A DNA stretch of 64,000 nucleotides from Verrucomicrobiota bacterium (GTDB lineage: Bacteria; Verrucomicrobiota; Verrucomicrobiia; Limisphaerales; AAA164-E04). The translations under genes and the position numbers were made by a program. The DNA lies in contig CP170459.1 of assembly GCA_047947115.1 (NCBI GenBank), positions 4,736,001 to 4,800,000 on the forward strand, given 5' to 3'. The notes beneath the pieces were generated by a model. The model was not told where the DNA came from, did not search any database, and was given only the letters and a program-made list of their open reading frames with translations. Positions within the stretch are counted from its first letter, which is position 1, and each line of letters starts with the position of its first letter. Of this stretch, positions 11,570-20,816 are shown in pieces.

Positions 11570-12706
11570 TTATCGCGTCTCATAGTACTTCACAAAACCC
11601 GCCAGATCACGCCGATAATCGGTATCAATATCCATGCGAGTCAATTGACGATGAACCTTTGCAAGTCCCTCGTCGCTGGATTCCGCCGCGAGGGCATCCC
11701 GAAACCTGAAGGTCGGATCCGGGTTAAGGAATCTTCGGAGGATGGCGATCAATTCACGGTTACAGGAAACGTAGGATGGAACCAACTGATCCAGATCCTG
11801 AACCAATCCAACCTTTATTTCATACAACTGCGGTCGGCTGAGAACTGAATCGCGTGGAATCAAAGGGCGACCACACAGCAACTCCAGCCCCACAAGTCCG
11901 ACACTGTAGATATCGGATTGAACCGAAAAACCTCCGCCTGAATGATATTCAGGCGGAGCGTATGCCGGCGTGGTAAGTGCATGACTGACATCATCGTCAA
12001 ATCTGGTTGCACGCCCAAGATCAATGAGACGGATATAGCCTTGTGCGTCAACCATCACGTTGCTGGGTTTGATGTCACAATGAAGATAGGAAGCGGCATG
12101 CAAATTTTCCAAACCAGCCAACATTTGCCGCATCACATAAGTCACCACCCCGGGTTGCATGCAACAACGTCCTTCGAATTGATTGAAAAGAGATTTAAAA
12201 CCGTGAAGTGGATGCCCGGATTTCAAGCGCAGTTTATGATACAGGGGCAGGACCTGCCCCAAATTGATACCATCGATCAATTCCATCTGCACCAACCCGA
12301 CCCCGTCTATTTCAGAGTAAAAATCTGTATCGACCAGATTCGGACAACGATTGCGGTGCATTTCAGATACCTGTCGTGCAATACGGATCATGTCCTGCCA
12401 ATAGGCATCCGCATCGACATAATTGGCCGGATGATAAAACTTGATGGCATGCTGTGTCACACATTCCCGTTCCCCTCTCCGGACCGCCCGGTATACAATC
12501 CCTTGCCTCCCTTTGCCCAGCGGAGCAGACAATTCATAAGAAGCACCAGACAAAAATGTGGCTGCACTCATCAGGGCATGGTACTGACGAATCAAACCAT
12601 CCAACCTTGGATCGGCGAGCCGTGTTTCAGGAGACCTGGACACGTCAAACCAACTGTAGTCCGTTGTCTGAACAGAAGAACCAATCATCCTATTTACCCA
12701 AACCAC
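11570..12706 (-). CDS. Cytoplasmic Ser/Thr protein kinase
   Basis: LGKGRQGIVY, HAIK, HCDIKPSN, DLG, YAPPE, SDIYSVG. Confidence 0.85.
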   Translation of the reverse strand: MVWVNRMIGSSVQTTDYSWFDVSRSPETRLADPRLDGLIRQYHALMSAATFLSGASYELSAPLGKGRQGIVYRAVRRGERECVTQHAIKFYHPANYVDADAYWQDMIRIARQVSEMHRNRCPNLVDTDFYSEIDGVGLVQMELIDGINLGQVLPLYHKLRLKSGHPLHGFKSLFNQFEGRCCMQPGVVTYVMRQMLAGLENLHAASYLHCDIKPSNVMVDAQGYIRLIDLGRATRFDDDVSHALTTPAYAPPEYHSGGGFSVQSDIYSVGLVGLELLCGRPLIPRDSVLSRPQLYEIKVGLVQDLDQLVPSYVSCNRELIAILRRFLNPDPTFRFRDALAAESSDEGLAKVHRQLTRMDIDTDYRRDLAGFVKYYETR

Positions 12707-12740
12707 TTGTTATTTTGAATGGTCTTAGTCCACCCGGTCT

Positions 12741-13574
12741 TCAAGCATGAGCGAATTCGCTCTCGAAACTGAGACTCAAATCACGAGACAAAGCCGCCTC
12801 GGCAATGAGCGAATCGTCCAAATCGGCAATGGAGGCCACAACATGGTCGGGCTGATAGGAAAACGATGGCAAATCCTCCTGGTGAGTGGTGCCCGACAGA
12901 ACCAACACGGTATAATACCCAAGCTGGTGCCCCCCCAGAATATCCGTGCTCATGGTGTCTCCGATCATAATGGTTTGTTTTGCGTCCAGATTTAATTCCT
13001 TACGGGCTCCCCGCATCATGATCGGGCTGGGTTTGCCGACACTGAAAGCCTGGCGTCCGCTGGCACTTTCCAGCATGCGAACCAAGGCACCACAACCTGG
13101 CCGCATGCCGTGCTGGGTAGGACAGTTGGGATCCAAATTGGTCGCAATAAAGCGGGCACCCGAACGAATGAGATTAAGCGCCTGCTCCATGATTTCAGCA
13201 TTGAAGGTTCGGCATTCCCCGATCACCACATAATCAGGATCCTTATCCACAATGGAATACCCATGATCATGAAGAGCCGCCAACAATCCACCCTCCCCGA
13301 CAACAAATGCGGTTCCGTTAGGTTTTTGATGGGCAAGGTAGGAGGCCGTTGCATCAGCACAAGTATACACATGCTCGTCCAACACATGAATCCCGTATCG
13401 GGTGAGACGTGTTGCAATATCGCGCCGCGTTCGTTGACTATTATTGGTCAGAAACATGAACGGCACTTTGTTTTCCAACAGTTGATGAATGAAGGATTCT
13501 GCCCCTGGGATAAGTTTCCCTCCCCGGTAAATGACCCCATCCATGTCAATCAAGTATCCATGACTTTTTTTCAT
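12741..13574 (-). CDS. HAD-IIA family hydrolase (NagD-like phosphatase)
   Basis: DMDGVIY, LTNNS, GKPSP, IGDTMSTDILG; the ATG at 13574 fits the family N-terminus better than 13679. Confidence 0.9.
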   Translation of the reverse strand: MKKSHGYLIDMDGVIYRGGKLIPGAESFIHQLLENKVPFMFLTNNSQRTRRDIATRLTRYGIHVLDEHVYTCADATASYLAHQKPNGTAFVVGEGGLLAALHDHGYSIVDKDPDYVVIGECRTFNAEIMEQALNLIRSGARFIATNLDPNCPTQHGMRPGCGALVRMLESASGRQAFSVGKPSPIMMRGARKELNLDAKQTIMIGDTMSTDILGGHQLGYYTVLVLSGTTHQEDLPSFSYQPDHVVASIADLDDSLIAEAALSRDLSLSFESEFAHA

Positions 13575-14218
13575 CGCATGAAGCACTGAGCTTAAATCAA
13601 GCCAACTCAGCAAACGATCGCGCAAGCCCTGAACAAGGGGCGGAATGCCAACGCCGGTTCCAACAGAAGATCGCTGCATTCACATCCGTTCATAAAAAGC
13701 ATGAACCATCTTTCATTACATATTCAGCACTCTCCCCATTCTCCCCAGCCTGCGCCATGTGACGGACGGGAGATGAAGTGAAGTGCTCTGCTGATGAATC
13801 CTGCCAGGATGCCGCCCACTCGGGAATGCCTTGTCGAGATTTCATACAAACTGATTTCCTATTCCCCCCCCAAACCAGGTTCACCTTGTTGCTTTATAGA
13901 CATCACCTGAGCAAAATGGAACAACCCTTCAAAATAATGACATCGGATTCACATATCGGCTTCGGGATCATGCCGGCCTATTTGGAGATGATGTCGGACA
14001 TTTCCACACCTCATTGAGCAAGAGAGGAGATTTCGTCGACTCACCATGCACCCAGTCCGATCATGACATTGCCATCGATATTCTGATTGTTTTCATACCA
14101 GATAATGGGCCTTTTCTTTTATTTCACTCATATCAACATCCGTTCTCAAGTCACCTATCTCTATCCCTCATACAGCCCATGCAAATAATTCATCTATCCG
14201 GGATCCGGTATAAGGCAA

Positions 14219-14235
14219 TTGGCATCCACGGTGCT
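14219..14235 (+). promoter_or_regulatory. Candidate sigma-54 (-24/-12) promoter
   Basis: TTGGCATCCACGGTGCT has GG-N10-GC spacing and resembles YTGGCACG-N4-TTGCW; about 120 bp upstream of the heme-protein cluster in a long intergenic region. Confidence 0.5.
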
Positions 14236-14357
14236 GCCACCGCCGCCTGAAGGGAGAAGCTAAACACAGAACACATCCGTTGCGGTGAGATCTGGTATCC
14301 ATGACCCAAAGGAGTTTGGAATGCCCATCCCGAAATTGAACCCTAAAAACGAAGAAC

Positions 14358-14996
14358 ATGAAAAACCCTCTGAAACCCCACCATCATCATCAGTACCATC
14401 CACGCACCTGGATGCATTACGGACTCCTGACATTGGCTTTCGCCATTTGTCTGGGCGGCATTGGATGCAGCCCGCAGAAAGAAACAACAGCGACACCTCC
14501 CGGCCTTCCATACAGGAAAGTCTCTGATTTCCTCCACACCGTCCTGGAAAATGACAGAACTGTTTATACCAGAAATGTGGTCAACCGATTGGTAAAACAG
14601 GAAAAGGTGATCACGGCAAGCGAACATTGGACGGACGAGAAAGCGCTGCCTCTACCCGCTCAGATGTTTCGGATGGGAGCGGAAATGACTGCAGAAAAAA
14701 CCTCCGACTTCAGCTACTCGCTCCAATCTCTCTGGCCAATCAACAAGGCCAACGCGGCAGGCCAGACGGACATAGAAAAAGAAGGCCTGCAGTTCGTCGT
14801 CGACAACAAGGGAAAGGCTCCCTTCTATGGAGAAGAGACGCTGGGTGGAAAAGATTACTTTGTGGGCATTTACGCCGATGTGGCTGTGGCCCCGGTGTGT
14901 GTGGATTGCCACAATGATCACAAGGACAGCCCCAAAACGGATTTTACCCTTGGGGACGTCATGGGCGGTGTCGTGATCCGCATCCCGAAAGAATAA
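14358..14996 (+). CDS. DUF3365 / Tll0287-like c-type heme lipoprotein
   Basis: Lipobox-like GIGC; LPLPAQMFR, SLWPINKAN, CVDCH, GDVMGGVVIRIP. Confidence 0.8.
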   Translation: MKNPLKPHHHHQYHPRTWMHYGLLTLAFAICLGGIGCSPQKETTATPPGLPYRKVSDFLHTVLENDRTVYTRNVVNRLVKQEKVITASEHWTDEKALPLPAQMFRMGAEMTAEKTSDFSYSLQSLWPINKANAAGQTDIEKEGLQFVVDNKGKAPFYGEETLGGKDYFVGIYADVAVAPVCVDCHNDHKDSPKTDFTLGDVMGGVVIRIPKE

Positions 14997-15065
14997 GGCC
15001 CTCAGCATGTTGATGAATGGAATTGACAAACAGTTCGTAACAACCTTCGACCGCGTTCATAGATC

Positions 15066-15488
15066 ATGTTTTTACAAAGAACTGTGAGAGGGCTTTGCCT
15101 GATTGCCGGTATTTCTCTGATATGGATCGCTTGTGACAACCCATCCACAAAACAAGCAGTCCCCCCCATGACAGAGACGCCCGTTCCGGAAAAACCCTTT
15201 GATCCCATGGCTCTGCAACTGAACACAGAGCCACTCCAAAAAGGACGGCTTATCTGGATGGAAACCTGTGCGGCCTGTCATTTGGAGGGATTGGGAGATG
15301 CTCCATTGATAGCCAACAAAGAAGCATGGGCCGACAGGATCGAAAAAGGCATGACGACCCTGTATCAACACGCGATTGAAGGCTTCTACGGCAGCATCGG
15401 GGAAATGCCTCCACGTGGAGGCAATGAATCCTTGAGCGACGAAGAGATCAAACTGGCTGTGGATTTTGTGATCCATTGCAGTCGATGA
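15066..15488 (+). CDS. Cytochrome c5 family lipoprotein
   Basis: CAACH, AWADRIEKG, HAIEG, MPPRGG, LSDEEI. Confidence 0.88.
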   Translation: MFLQRTVRGLCLIAGISLIWIACDNPSTKQAVPPMTETPVPEKPFDPMALQLNTEPLQKGRLIWMETCAACHLEGLGDAPLIANKEAWADRIEKGMTTLYQHAIEGFYGSIGEMPPRGGNESLSDEEIKLAVDFVIHCSR

Positions 15489-15524
15489 AAATGTATCCCG
15501 ATTACAAAACAGAAAGTATTCAAA

Positions 15525-15950
15525 ATGAGTCTGACACAAGAAGAAATCACCCAGGTTCAAGCAAGCTGGGAAAAATGCATACCGATCAGTGAAAAAGCTG
15601 CCGAGTTATTCTACGGCAAATTGTTTGAACTGGATCCGGAATTACGGTCCCTGTTCACCTCGGACATCAAAGAGCAAGGCAAGAAGCTGATGACCATGAT
15701 CACGGTGGCTGTGAGGGGCCTGAGCGACTTGGAAAAGATCGTTGATGACGTCAAAGCACTGGGTGTCAGGCACGTCCAGTACGGAGTCAAGGATGCCCAC
15801 TATGACACAGTGGGTGAAGCCCTTTTATGGACACTCGACCAAGGATTGGGTGAGGATTTCACTCCCGAATTGAAAGAATCATGGACGAAAGTATATCTGC
15901 TTCTTGCCGGCACAATGAAAGAAGCGGCAGCGGCAAGCTCCAATGAATAA
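15525..15950 (+). CDS. Single-domain globin (flavohemoglobin-type globin fold)
   Basis: VQASW, AELFYGKLFELDP, QGKKLM, LGVRHVQYGV, HYDTVGEALLWTL. Confidence 0.92.
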   Translation: MSLTQEEITQVQASWEKCIPISEKAAELFYGKLFELDPELRSLFTSDIKEQGKKLMTMITVAVRGLSDLEKIVDDVKALGVRHVQYGVKDAHYDTVGEALLWTLDQGLGEDFTPELKESWTKVYLLLAGTMKEAAAASSNE

Positions 15951-16021
15951 ATGCATCCCCTGTGTCACCTGCATGACAGATTAAAAACAGGCCGAAACCT
16001 TTACTGCCATGCGGTGACACA

Positions 16022-18070
16022 GTGGAATTAAACAACAATGTTGCCCAGCATGGAACAATGCCTTTGAGCCCTCCACAAACCCACAATCGCTTAAGCCCTG
16101 AACAACCCCAGTCTCCGGAAAGGAAATCTCTGGTGATCGTGGGAGGCGGCATGGTCTGCCACCGGCTTTGCAAACAATTGGTTCATGAAGGATACCAAAC
16201 ACACCAGATCAAAATTTTTACTGAGGAATCCTTGCCACCCTATGATCGGGCCAACTTATCCAAATGTTTTCATCGTTCATTGAAAACACCACCTCTGCTC
16301 GACCAGAAACGTTGGTATGAAAAAAATGGCATATCACTTCATCTTTCGAAAAAAGCGGCGCATCTGGACGCCTCAAACAAACGAATCCGCTTTTCAGACA
16401 ACAGTATCATCGGCTACGACAAATTGGTTCTGGCTACAGGCAGTCGTCCGGACATCCATGCTATTGAAGGGGCGGAACTGGAGAACGTGTTCACCTACAA
16501 GAATTGGCAAGATTTACTCAAAATCGAGTCCTTCTGCCGGCCGGATCGAACCATCGCCGTGATTGGTGGTGGATTGCTCGGCCTGGAGGCCGCAGCCGCT
16601 CTGCATCAGGCCAAATGCCGGATCAAAGTCTATGAAACGGCCAACACGCCTCTTTGCAGAAACCTCAGCGAAACGGCCGGAGCCGTCCTGTTGAAGTCCA
16701 TGAAAACCTTGGGGATTGAGGTTCTACTCAAATACCAGCTGGAAAAAATTCTTTCAAACAACGGAAAATTGAATCTGGTTTTTAGGGGGAATGTGTTCGC
16801 CGAAGCAGACGGCGTTGTGCTTGCAACAGGAACCCGTCCCTGCGATGAACTGGCTGCCGAAAGTGGCATTCAGGTTTCTCCCAAAGGAGGCTTTCTGGTC
16901 GATGAAACCTTGAGCACCAGCGATCCTGACATCTTTGCACTGGGGGATTGCGCCAGCTTTCGTCATGACAGTTTTGGATTTGTCCAACCCGCATACGAAC
17001 AGGCCGATGTTTTGGCCGCTCGTTTTTGCGGCAAAGATGACACCTATGTTCCGACTGGGCGAAACTGTCGGCTCAACATTATGGGGATAGAGTTGTCTGC
17101 CTATGGGGAAAACCTGGGAGAGGGAGAGCATCTGGTCTACTCGGTGAATGGTGATTACAGATCGCTGGTGATGCATCGAGGCAAATTAATAGGCGCCACG
17201 ACCATTGGAAAATGGGAACAGGCAACCGCTCTGGGGGTGGCTGTCAGTGAAAACTTGCGCGTCCCACATCGCCAGAAAAAGCATTTTTGCACGTCGGGCC
17301 AGTTGGATATGTTGACACATATGGGAAACGTCACGACCTGGTCCGCAGATGCCGTGATATGTCAATGCACGCACATGTCCTGCCAGGCTGTAAAAAACGC
17401 CATCTCCGAAGGATTCGATTCCCTTGCCAAACTGGAAAAATATACTCAGGCAGGTGGACAATGCGGTTCCTGCCGCCCTTTGCTGCTGGGACTGTTGCAC
17501 CCACAATCACAAGAAGTTCAAGGCAAAGCAGAAATACCGGGACATCGAAAAGATCATCTGTGGTGGGTGGCACTGGTGGGCTTGATTTTTTGTATGCTGT
17601 TCTGGGCACCATGGCAAATGCCACCTGTTGATTCGGTCCAATCCTTGAATTATAAATGGAGTCAATTTTGGAACAGCTTCTTCGCCAAGCAAGTGACTGG
17701 ATTCACCACAGCAGGCCTCTCCTTGTCCGCCCTGATCCTCTCCCTTCGAAAGCGCATGGCCTGGTTCCAGTGGGGTGAGTTTGCCGTTTGGCGAGTGCTG
17801 CATGCCTGTGTTGGAATCCTGACTCTCCTGACTCTGTTTTTGCACACCGGTTTATCCATGGGACACAATCTGAATTTCTGGCTGGCGACATGTTTCGTCG
17901 GATTGAACACGCTGGGCGCTTTTGCAGCCATTGCTTCCTCATCCCGCGCCAGAAAAACAGCGGGCACCCAGACAACCTTTCAGGTCTGGATGACACGCCT
18001 CCACATCATCTTCTTTTGGCCGTACCCGGTCCTGTTGGCGGCTCACGTGTACAAGGTTTATCAATACTGA
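16022..18070 (+). CDS. NirB-like FAD/NAD(P)H oxidoreductase with a BFD-type [2Fe-2S] motif, fused to a multi-pass His-containing membrane domain
   Basis: VIVGGGM, PYDR, YDKLVLATGS, VIGGGLLGLEAA, IFALGDCA; CQC...CGSC; then about 5 hydrophobic segments; no siroheme domain. Confidence 0.8.
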   Translation: MELNNNVAQHGTMPLSPPQTHNRLSPEQPQSPERKSLVIVGGGMVCHRLCKQLVHEGYQTHQIKIFTEESLPPYDRANLSKCFHRSLKTPPLLDQKRWYEKNGISLHLSKKAAHLDASNKRIRFSDNSIIGYDKLVLATGSRPDIHAIEGAELENVFTYKNWQDLLKIESFCRPDRTIAVIGGGLLGLEAAAALHQAKCRIKVYETANTPLCRNLSETAGAVLLKSMKTLGIEVLLKYQLEKILSNNGKLNLVFRGNVFAEADGVVLATGTRPCDELAAESGIQVSPKGGFLVDETLSTSDPDIFALGDCASFRHDSFGFVQPAYEQADVLAARFCGKDDTYVPTGRNCRLNIMGIELSAYGENLGEGEHLVYSVNGDYRSLVMHRGKLIGATTIGKWEQATALGVAVSENLRVPHRQKKHFCTSGQLDMLTHMGNVTTWSADAVICQCTHMSCQAVKNAISEGFDSLAKLEKYTQAGGQCGSCRPLLLGLLHPQSQEVQGKAEIPGHRKDHLWWVALVGLIFCMLFWAPWQMPPVDSVQSLNYKWSQFWNSFFAKQVTGFTTAGLSLSALILSLRKRMAWFQWGEFAVWRVLHACVGILTLLTLFLHTGLSMGHNLNFWLATCFVGLNTLGAFAAIASSSRARKTAGTQTTFQVWMTRLHIIFFWPYPVLLAAHVYKVYQY

Positions 18071-19413
18071 TGTATCTCCTCAATTTTCAATCGGCAACCT
18101 TTCTGGCAAGCACAGCAGCGATGGCCTTGACCATCGGCGCTCTTTCAACGGCTTCCCGGAACAAGGAACTCTTGAGTCCCGGTCCGATGACCAGCGGACA
18201 CTATCAAATCGAACTGCGTTGCGATGTCTGCCATGGAGAAGAGGAGGACAGCATACAGAAGGCCTGCCTGCAATGTCACGCTGATGAGTTGAAAAAGGTG
18301 GACGATTCGCATCCGGTTGTAAAATTCAAAGACCCGAGGAATGCAAGTCGACTCGAAAAAATCGACGCCACACAGTGTGTCAGTTGCCACAAGGAACACC
18401 GGCCTGATCTGACAAGAGACATGGGCGTCACATTGCCAGAGGATTACTGCCTGTTCTGTCACGACAACATAGCGGAGGAACGACCAACACATGTTGGATT
18501 GGGATTCGAGACCTGCGCCACAGCAGGATGCCATAATTTCCATGACAACTCATCCCTCTACGAATCTTTCCTGGCTTCCCACCTGGATGAGCCTCCACAC
18601 AAAACTGGAGGAAAGGTTCTGACAAATCTTCAGGATCTCAACCATCAAACGACAACTCAGCAGGGACTCAACAATACATCGGCAGATATGCCGAAGGACA
18701 TTCCTGTCACAAGAGATCTGCTCAATGACTGGCAGGCATCTCAACACGCCGCATCTGGCGTCAACTGCAGTGCATGCCACACCAGCATACAGCCCGACAC
18801 CACTTCAACAGATTGGAAAAACGAAGTTTCGATCGACCAATGCGGAAATTGCCATTCCTTCCAACAAGAAAGTTTTCTGTCCGGAAAACACGGCATGCGG
18901 CTTGCGGAAGGGCTTTCTTCCATGAAGCCTTCGATCGCAAGATTGCCAATGAAGGAAGATGCCTCACACTTGACACTCAACTGCACCGTTTGCCATGAAA
19001 GTCATCGATTCAATACCAGACAAGCAGCGGTTGAATCCTGCCTGAAATGCCATGACGACGAACACTCAAATGCATACAAGGATTCACCGCACTTCACTGC
19101 CTGGCTCAATGAATCACGTGGAGTGGCCGAGCCGGGGACGGGTGTGAGTTGTGCCACCTGTCATATGCCCAAAGTTGAAGTCAACCGGTTTGGAGAGGTT
19201 TTCATTGAAGTGGATCACAATCAAAACAACACCTTGAGGCCCAATGAAAAAATGATACGCACAGTGTGCATCCATTGTCATGGGCTTCAGTATTCACTGG
19301 ATGCCCTGGCAGACGAAGAATTGATCAATACCAATTTTTCGAGTCACCCGACCCGGCACGTGAGCAGCCTGGATATGGTTGTAAAGGAACAACAACGCGG
19401 GGACAAGGAATGA
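18070..19413 (+). CDS. Multiheme c-type cytochrome (10 CxxCH + 1 CxxxxCH)
   Basis: ATG overlaps the upstream TGA at 18070; N-terminal hydrophobic anchor; CDVCH, CLQCH, CVSCH, CLFCH, CATAGCH, CSACH, CGNCH, CTVCH, CLKCH, CATCH, CIHCH. Confidence 0.88.
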   Translation: MYLLNFQSATFLASTAAMALTIGALSTASRNKELLSPGPMTSGHYQIELRCDVCHGEEEDSIQKACLQCHADELKKVDDSHPVVKFKDPRNASRLEKIDATQCVSCHKEHRPDLTRDMGVTLPEDYCLFCHDNIAEERPTHVGLGFETCATAGCHNFHDNSSLYESFLASHLDEPPHKTGGKVLTNLQDLNHQTTTQQGLNNTSADMPKDIPVTRDLLNDWQASQHAASGVNCSACHTSIQPDTTSTDWKNEVSIDQCGNCHSFQQESFLSGKHGMRLAEGLSSMKPSIARLPMKEDASHLTLNCTVCHESHRFNTRQAAVESCLKCHDDEHSNAYKDSPHFTAWLNESRGVAEPGTGVSCATCHMPKVEVNRFGEVFIEVDHNQNNTLRPNEKMIRTVCIHCHGLQYSLDALADEELINTNFSSHPTRHVSSLDMVVKEQQRGDKE

Positions 19414-19583
19414 ACGGTTGACCCCATTGAATTAAGCTGTCATGACCGGAAGCAGGCCTTTGTTATCAAACATGCAACCGGACAGACGAAAAAACCACAG
19501 CCTCACGACCGTGGTTGTGATTGCTGGTTGAAAACCCGCATGCAACGCAGAGAGATGCCCTCGCAAAAGGCAATGGAACCTCA

Positions 19584-20618
19584 TCATGCACCGGCACGAT
19601 CGCGAATATGTATATACGCATGCACGTGGGGTGCGCCCCGGAAGTAAATCAGCGAGGAGGGCCCTTCAATCTGCCAAACATCCCAGATGCCATCGTTCCC
19701 CAGGTCATGATTCTTATAAAAAGCCATGTGGAGGTGTTCGAACCCCGCCTGATCCACCAGCTTTAAAGCTTCATCGGCATCTTGTTTACGGAAGGGCGCC
19801 AGGACGTCGGACAAGACCTGACGCACCAGCCCCTTCTGATCCTGCATCAATTCAGTCATGGGAATACCGGGCAATCCGGACTTCTTACCAGTCAACGCCA
19901 CAGTCTTGGTTCCCTCCTCCTTTCGAGACGACCCCAGCAAAGCCATTTCACGCTGTTTTCCATTCAGCATCTGAAAAACCTTGTTCGCCTGTTTGGCCTG
20001 ATACCAATAGGCGTTGCCCGGATGGTCAGCCGGCTCGGTGTCTTTGTTGCCAGCTTGATGGCCATAGAAGATCGGACCACCAAAAGCCGCTCCGTCCACC
20101 GAGTTGCCATCACAACGCCGCGTCACATGTCTTCCGGTAAGAACGAACTCAAACTTGCTCTGTCCCGGTTCCCCGAAAAGTGCGATCGAAGTATCTTCAA
20201 GCCCCTCCTCGTCGGTATCCCAGGCCACCGCCTCAAAAATTTTGCTGGCATATTCTTCGCTGTGAATGCCCATGAAAATCTCACGGATCATGGCCTGCTG
20301 ATCGGCGGTGAAATGCTCACCAACGCGTGACTTGGTGATATACCAGTTGTTCTGGACCTCGGATCTCAATGGATGATTGTACGGAAAGCAAATCTGCTGC
20401 TTCTGTTTCTCATTCAGGCTACCAAACAAGGTGGCCACGAGTGTTTCAGACGCAGGTTGCTTTGGTTGGTCGGCAGCTTTGGCGAGCGTGTGCACCAATG
20501 GATTGGCTGCGGCAGCAGCAACGCCAAGGGAACAGCTGGTCGATTTCAGAAAACGCCGGCGATCCATTACTGATGCCGACTGCAGCCCGGTTTTAGGGTT
20601 AGTACTCTGGGAGCTCAT
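19584..20618 (-). CDS. Tat-exported DUF3500-like protein
   Basis: DRRRFLK twin-arginine signal; IALFGEPG, GRHVTRR, FGGPIFYG, WQIEGP, PHVH. Confidence 0.7.
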   Translation of the reverse strand: MSSQSTNPKTGLQSASVMDRRRFLKSTSCSLGVAAAAANPLVHTLAKAADQPKQPASETLVATLFGSLNEKQKQQICFPYNHPLRSEVQNNWYITKSRVGEHFTADQQAMIREIFMGIHSEEYASKIFEAVAWDTDEEGLEDTSIALFGEPGQSKFEFVLTGRHVTRRCDGNSVDGAAFGGPIFYGHQAGNKDTEPADHPGNAYWYQAKQANKVFQMLNGKQREMALLGSSRKEEGTKTVALTGKKSGLPGIPMTELMQDQKGLVRQVLSDVLAPFRKQDADEALKLVDQAGFEHLHMAFYKNHDLGNDGIWDVWQIEGPSSLIYFRGAPHVHAYIHIRDRAGA

Positions 20619-20816
20619 CCTCTCCTTCTACCTCAATTGAAAGAATCATACCACAAAAAAACGTGCATCATTCAAGGGAAGTAGCCGACTTCGAAAGCAG
20701 GTGGCGGCCTCAGGTTCGAGTTGATCCCTCAGGATTCGGATGCGACACTTTCGCAAGTGCGGCTACGATGTAGCCGCTTCCACCAGAAAGTGGCAGTCCA
20801 CTCCCAACGAACGGGC

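Noticed and set aside
17788..18069. Long N-terminus of the multiheme cytochrome ORF
   Set aside because: It overlaps the upstream gene; the ATG at 18070 is coupled to the upstream TGA and is followed by the hydrophobic anchor.
16022..18070. Assimilatory nitrite reductase nirB
   Set aside because: The NIR/SIR siroheme-[4Fe-4S] domains are absent and no nirD is adjacent.
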